DNA of 64,000 bases from Amoebidium appalachense (lineage: Eukaryota > Protista > Ichthyosporea), in the NCBI GenBank assembly GCA_963693365.1, contig CAVNZM010000001.1, positions 19,910,125 to 19,974,124 on the forward strand, given 5' to 3'. The notes under the pieces were generated by a model, which saw only the letters and a list, made by a program, of their open reading frames with translations, had not been told where the DNA came from and searched no databases. A program made the position numbers and the translations under genes. Positions within the stretch are counted from its first letter, which is position 1. Each line of letters begins with the position of its first letter. Below are positions 59,217 to 64,000 of the stretch, piece after piece.

Positions 59217-59826
59217 TGTAAACAGTTGAACTAGTTGGGATAAGGCAGAGAACAACTGAATCAGAATAAAGACAGAGAACGGGTAGTAAGGCACACGCGG
59301 CCAGGTTACTATTTAATGTGCTCGTTCAGAGTGATCCCCCGTACTGGGACGGCTTGTTTATATAGCCCCCAGGTTCCGGATCATCTGGATGGGTGGCATT
59401 GATGCCTTCGTGACTTCTGACCAGTCAGAAGAGTGCGGTCGTCTTTATGTGCACACAGTGCACCAATAACATGAAGCTAACTAAAAGGATAACTTTGTGG
59501 CAAATGATTGGTCAATACTTAAGCCCGTTTAGGTTTATGCAACTGGGTCTGATTTCCTTATTGGTTCCGTTCGTTTAGCTATAGATGTCGCCTCCGTAGT
59601 GGATGAGACTTGCATTCCTATCCTAGCGGTTCTCGAATTCTATTGGTTCATACTGACTGCACGGCCACTGCATATTGCCGGCGCCGCGGCTCAGTCGTGA
59701 GCCGCAGCCCGCGGCTGTCGCGTGTGATATTGATCTGATCATATGTACACAATATCTACGTGATCACTATGATATGTACAGTATATTCGTAATAGTAAAC
59801 ATGTACGGCGTGTACAGATGTTTACA
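59217..59826 (-). repeat. 3' LTR of a chromovirus-type Gypsy element
   Basis: Termini TGTAAACA...TGTTTACA. A polypurine tract (GAGAAGGGGGGAG on the minus strand, ~59827-59840) directly precedes it, after the integrase stop. Confidence 0.8.
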
Positions 59827-60536
59827 CTCCCCCCCTTCTCGGGAGCCTGGTGGTATGGTCTGGAGACGGTAAACCACCAGGCTGAGGGAAGTTAGCGACG
59901 TCGGCGCTTCTTTCGTGCGGGCTGGCTGGCAGGGCCGGCCACCAAAGTACCTAGGTAGTCTGTGAGTGCTCCTGCGGCTGTGTCTTGCAGGCCGGAGTGA
60001 GGTTCCCAGGTGTCGTTCTTAGCCGTGTACCCTTTCCAACGAACTTTGTAAAGGGCTTGGGCAGTTGCCGAGTCGTACTTGTGGGCAATAATTTTTGCCA
60101 CTTCGAAGGTGGGGGTGGGTGAATCTTGCGGACCAGAGTCGGCTGGCGTCATATCAACGTCGTCACGGGGAAAATACGGCTTCAAGTGACGTGCGTGTGC
60201 TCGAACGGTGTCCGTTGACCCAACCCGCTGAATTTCGTAAGACATGGGGGCGTCGGTAACGCGCCGCAGGACGCGATACGGACCTTCCCATTTAGGTCTG
60301 AGTGCCGTGGGTAGACTGTGGTCGGTGGTGGAGTCTGTGACTGCTTTCAACACCAGACCCTCGAGTTCTGTGGGTTCACGAGCATTTTTGTTAGCCGTGA
60401 TTTTACTACGACGGGCAGCTTCAGACATAATTCGTGTGACTGTTTGCCGGGCATACTGCACTCGTTGCAGTAGTTCTCGACGGTATTCCTCCGTCTCCAT
60501 CCCACATGAAGCCGCAATTGGGGGGCGGGGGGGCTC
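59217..60536 (-). mobile_element. 3' end of a Ty3/Gypsy chromovirus: integrase C-terminus (GPY/F) + chromodomain + PPT + LTR
   Basis: ORF 59892-60542 contains LRPKWEGPYRV...HARHLKPY and FEVAKIIAHK...YKVRWKGYTAKNDTWEP. It is interrupted at ~60536 by a second element. Confidence 0.9.
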
Positions 60537-60587
60537 TGACATATACTAATCCGTCTCAGCAGATTAGCCTAAGTCTACGATCGAGAT

Positions 60588-60632
<45 letters not shown>

Positions 60633-61276
60633 GGTGGCCCGGGTCCACAGATCATCAAGATCAAGTCCGGGGCCTCAAGATAGCTGTACAGCTGCGTGCA
60701 TCTTGCCTCTGCCGGCGCAGGGCATTGGACCACGTCAGCCGGGACAGCCGTCCAATAGAATTCTAATTAGTGTGTAGGATAGATCGTAGGAGGACTTAGG
60801 AATGTCATTGTTCGGGCAGAAGCCCTTTTGTAAGGATTGGCAAGGTTTGATAGTATATGTTGCCAAACGTATTTATATATTTAGATGTAGAGGAAAGGGG
60901 GGGAGGGAGGGGGGGGGAGGATAGTATGAAATGTAGATTTAGACTCTGCGGTGCCACTAGGGGGAGGGTGAGGGGTGAGACTTGGATAAATATATTAGTT
61001 GAGTAGATCGACTTAGCTCGTGCAGGCGCACGATAAAAGTAGATCGGAATGTTAATGGAATGTGGCATCGTAGGGGGCCAGGTGATGATGATCTTGTAGG
61101 GCACGGCCTTGATGGCCTCAGTCGTAACTTAGACTCAATCCGTACGGATCTAAGTTTGCCCGTCGGAGCCTGGTCTTAATAAACTTTACCGTTTTTCTGT
61201 ACACGTTCGTTCCTTTTCGTGTGTGTACACTTAGTAGAGTGCCGCGTCTCTAGTACACATATATTAGGATACGACA
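60537..61276 (+). repeat. Probable 5' LTR of the second Gypsy element
   Basis: Imperfect terminal inverted repeats TGACATATACTAAT ... ATTAGGATACGACA and AATAAA at ~61178. It begins where the integrase ORF of the first element breaks. The partner LTR is outside the window. Confidence 0.65.
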
Positions 61277-64000
61277 AGCTACACCTTTCTTTTAGTGCGG
61301 TTTTTCGCGCTAGGGTAACGCGGTGACAGTTCCTTCTGGGCTGTTGCTACACCTCAAAAACACAAACATAAACACAACCTCTCAACTAGGGCACACACAA
61401 CACCATGGCTAAGTTTCACGTAGATATGTTCTACGCGTTGGCAGCGGAGGATAGCTCCCTGCACACACAGATACCACAGGTTCACACACTAGCTATAGAC
61501 GCCAGAAACACAACAGCTTTTAGTTTACACTCAAACACCAGCGGTCGTGGGCGTGGTGGACGTAGCGGACAGCAGCAGCAGTTCGACGAGGGGCATCGTC
61601 GTGGGTCCTCAAGACAGCGTCGAGGTGGTATGGCATGAATGTTTGTGGGGTGACTCTACCAAAGGTATGAATGGTGTGAATGTTTTGTGGTTGGGGGAGG
61701 TTCCCCAGCCACAAGTGGATGGTCTCAGTGTTTCTTGTCCCAACCCGGTGTTTATTCTAACCACACCGGAGGGGGTTTCTGTGCCATTGTTTCCGGGAGG
61801 GGGGGGGACACACACGAGTAAAGGGGGAAGGGGGGGGAAGACACAGACACGTAGAAACACACCACCACAACAACATACGACGGTTGCAGACACACCTACA
61901 CCCACACACACACCCACACATACACCAAACACACACACACCACCCACCCACACATCACACACACACACCGTCCACCACCACCCACACCACATACACACCC
62001 CACCCCACCCGTGCAGGCACCACAGGTAGGTATGTTACACGTAGGTATCGAGGGTGTAAGTCTTCGTGGGCAGGGATTGGGTGTGAGTGATGATGTGTTG
62101 CTTGAATTGGAGGAGGATTTAGTTGGTTTTAGCCGGCATTATATAGACGTATGGTTAGCTGATGGTAAGTTGAAGGCTGTTGCTTTGCTCGATGGAGGGG
62201 CTCAGGTTAATTGTGTGCATGCTTCGTTTATTCGTCGTTTTAATCAGGCCGGGGGGGGAAATTCCTATTTTAGATGCTTCTAGCACAGCCTTAGGTAGTG
62301 CTAATAATAGTAGTATGTCTGTGGAAGGTGTTTGTGTGTTGCCGTGTGAGATAGGTGGCCAGGCTATGCATATTGCTTGTTATGTGGTTAAGGATTTAGC
62401 TCAAAGTGTTTTGTTGGGAGCCCCATTTTTCCGTAGACATGTGAATGCTTTGTTTGAACGTACGAATGTTTTAGAATTGCAGTCCGGCGTTAAAATTAAA
62501 ACCCATGATGGGCTCGACGGTTATCAGTCTGGTGCTAGAACGGTAGCTGAAGTAGTAATCGAGCCTTATCAGTGCCAAACGGTACGTGTCCGGGCCGGCA
62601 ATCATGTTAGGATAGGGGATTTAGGGGTTTTTACTCCGAAAACCCCATTTCAGGAGGTGGCCCAATGGACCCTTAGTAGGGTATGGCCGAATAAGACAAT
62701 AGAAATAGAATTAGTGAATCCGGGCATCGAGCCTATAGTGATTAGGTCAGGTGTTTCCGTCGGTAGTTTCACTAATGAGATTGGTAGTATAGAGGTCTCT
62801 CTTATTACCCAAAAGGAGGATGCCGGCTCGAAGGGTGACTCAGGAGGAGGGGGAACAACTTTATTTAACGTTAGCCACCAAAATGTCACCCGACACGATG
62901 GGGGGGGGGGGACCGGGACAGCACCGGTCCCACTCCCCCGACCCCCAAGAGGAAGGAGGGTCACCCCGGGTGTGAGAATGTGCAGGCAGGGGGGGAGGGT
63001 GTTGGTCTAACCCGTGGATCTGACGGGTTAACCAACACCGTGGGGGGGCAGGGTGGCCACAGACCTGGCCCCCCACATACATGCACTAACTCATCAGGAA
63101 TTGCCCGGGGGCATGGGTGTGCCGGGGGGAGGGGGGGGTGCTAAGGGTGACCGCCTATATCCGGAGGTACCTCCACCTCACCCCGAGCAGCACCGATGTA
63201 ATACAGGAGGTGAAATGTTAAGTGGCACTCCGGTGAATAAGGATGCATCCACTTGTGATGGGGGTAACCCGGAGTTAGTATTGCCGTTTGGTATGAAGGA
63301 GGGGGATTGGACGGTAGAACAGAAAAAATTGCTAGCTAAGTTATTTGATAGGACTCGGTTTGCATTTCTGGCCGATGATAACGAAGTAGGCTTCGTTAAA
63401 GGGTTTGAAATGCAGATCGACACAGGTGATAATAGGCCGGTAGTGATGCCTAGCTATAGAATGGAGCAGTATAAATTGCCGGATGCTCTAATAATAGTGA
63501 GTGATATGTTAAAAAAGGGTCATGTGGAGCATAGTTCGAGTCCGTGGAGAAGTCCGGTGCTATTGGTTAAGAAGCCCGACGGGTCTTGGCGTCTAGTGAA
63601 CGATTACAGGGCTCTGAATCGGATCACTAAGGCAGACCAATGGCCTCTCCCTAACATAGACGAGCAGCTTTCACAGCTGCACGGCTATACTCACTTTGCT
63701 AAACTTGATTTAAAAGCAGCTTTTTGGCAGATAAGGTTGGAGGAGAGCAGCAAGGAGAAGACTGCCTTTGCACTGGGTGACCAGCTGTTCCAGTACAAGG
63801 TGGTGCCGATGGGTTTGCTCTCCTCTCCAGCTATGTTGTGCCGGGTAATGTATAAAATTCTCCACCCTCATTTGGATGTATGCCACCCTTATTTGGATGA
63901 TGTTTTAATTAAAGGTAGGTCATTTGAGGAGTTAGTTAATAATTGTGAAAAAGTATTTTTCGCTTTGGGTGAGTCTGGTCTTCGTATTAGCGGTAGCAAG
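60537..64000 (+). mobile_element. Ty3/Gypsy LTR retrotransposon (aspartic protease + reverse transcriptase), running off the window end
   Basis: Protease motifs AVALLDGGAQVNCV and VLLGAPFF (~62100-62500). The RT frame is open from ~63200 to 64000: SSPWRSPVLLVKKPDGSWRLVNDYRALN, LDLKAAFWQI, KTAF, VPMGL, YLDD. Frameshifts coincide with G homopolymers. Confidence 0.93.

Noticed and set aside
62240-63140. Programmed frameshifts in the Gypsy pol
   Set aside because: The shifts coincide with G homopolymers, so sequencing error or decay is the simpler explanation.

Overview
This is an intron-rich eukaryotic region, probably from an opisthokont protist (inferred from gene content and splice signals). 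It is saturated with (CA)n/(GT)n microsatellites and poly-C/poly-G tracts, so most of the ORF track is low-complexity noise. Manual splicing recovers four multi-exon genes: COG4 (-, 9046-29229), a PAQR/adiponectin-receptor-family gene (+, 32505-38331), a bacterial-type mitochondrial histidyl-tRNA synthetase with a U12 AT-AC intron (-, 40362-50228), and a TLC-domain gene (+, 53297-56837). It also recovers two small candidate genes. Other features are two intronic tRNA-Ile(AAT) genes plus a deleted copy, a KDZ/Zisupton-like transposase fragment, a PIF/Harbinger MITE, and two nested Ty3/Gypsy elements at the right end. The most unusual feature is a non-coding repeat family with more than 13 copies, including a 4.8 x 453-bp tandem array. 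It lies mostly in introns and is always sense to the host gene. Its copies share a fixed 3' end against poly-C, are 5'-truncated or longer than one unit, and carry a covarying pseudoknotted RNA fold. It is a candidate retrozyme-like or circular-RNA mobile element whose structure I cannot match to a known ribozyme class. Exon coordinates were read by eye and may be off by a few bases.
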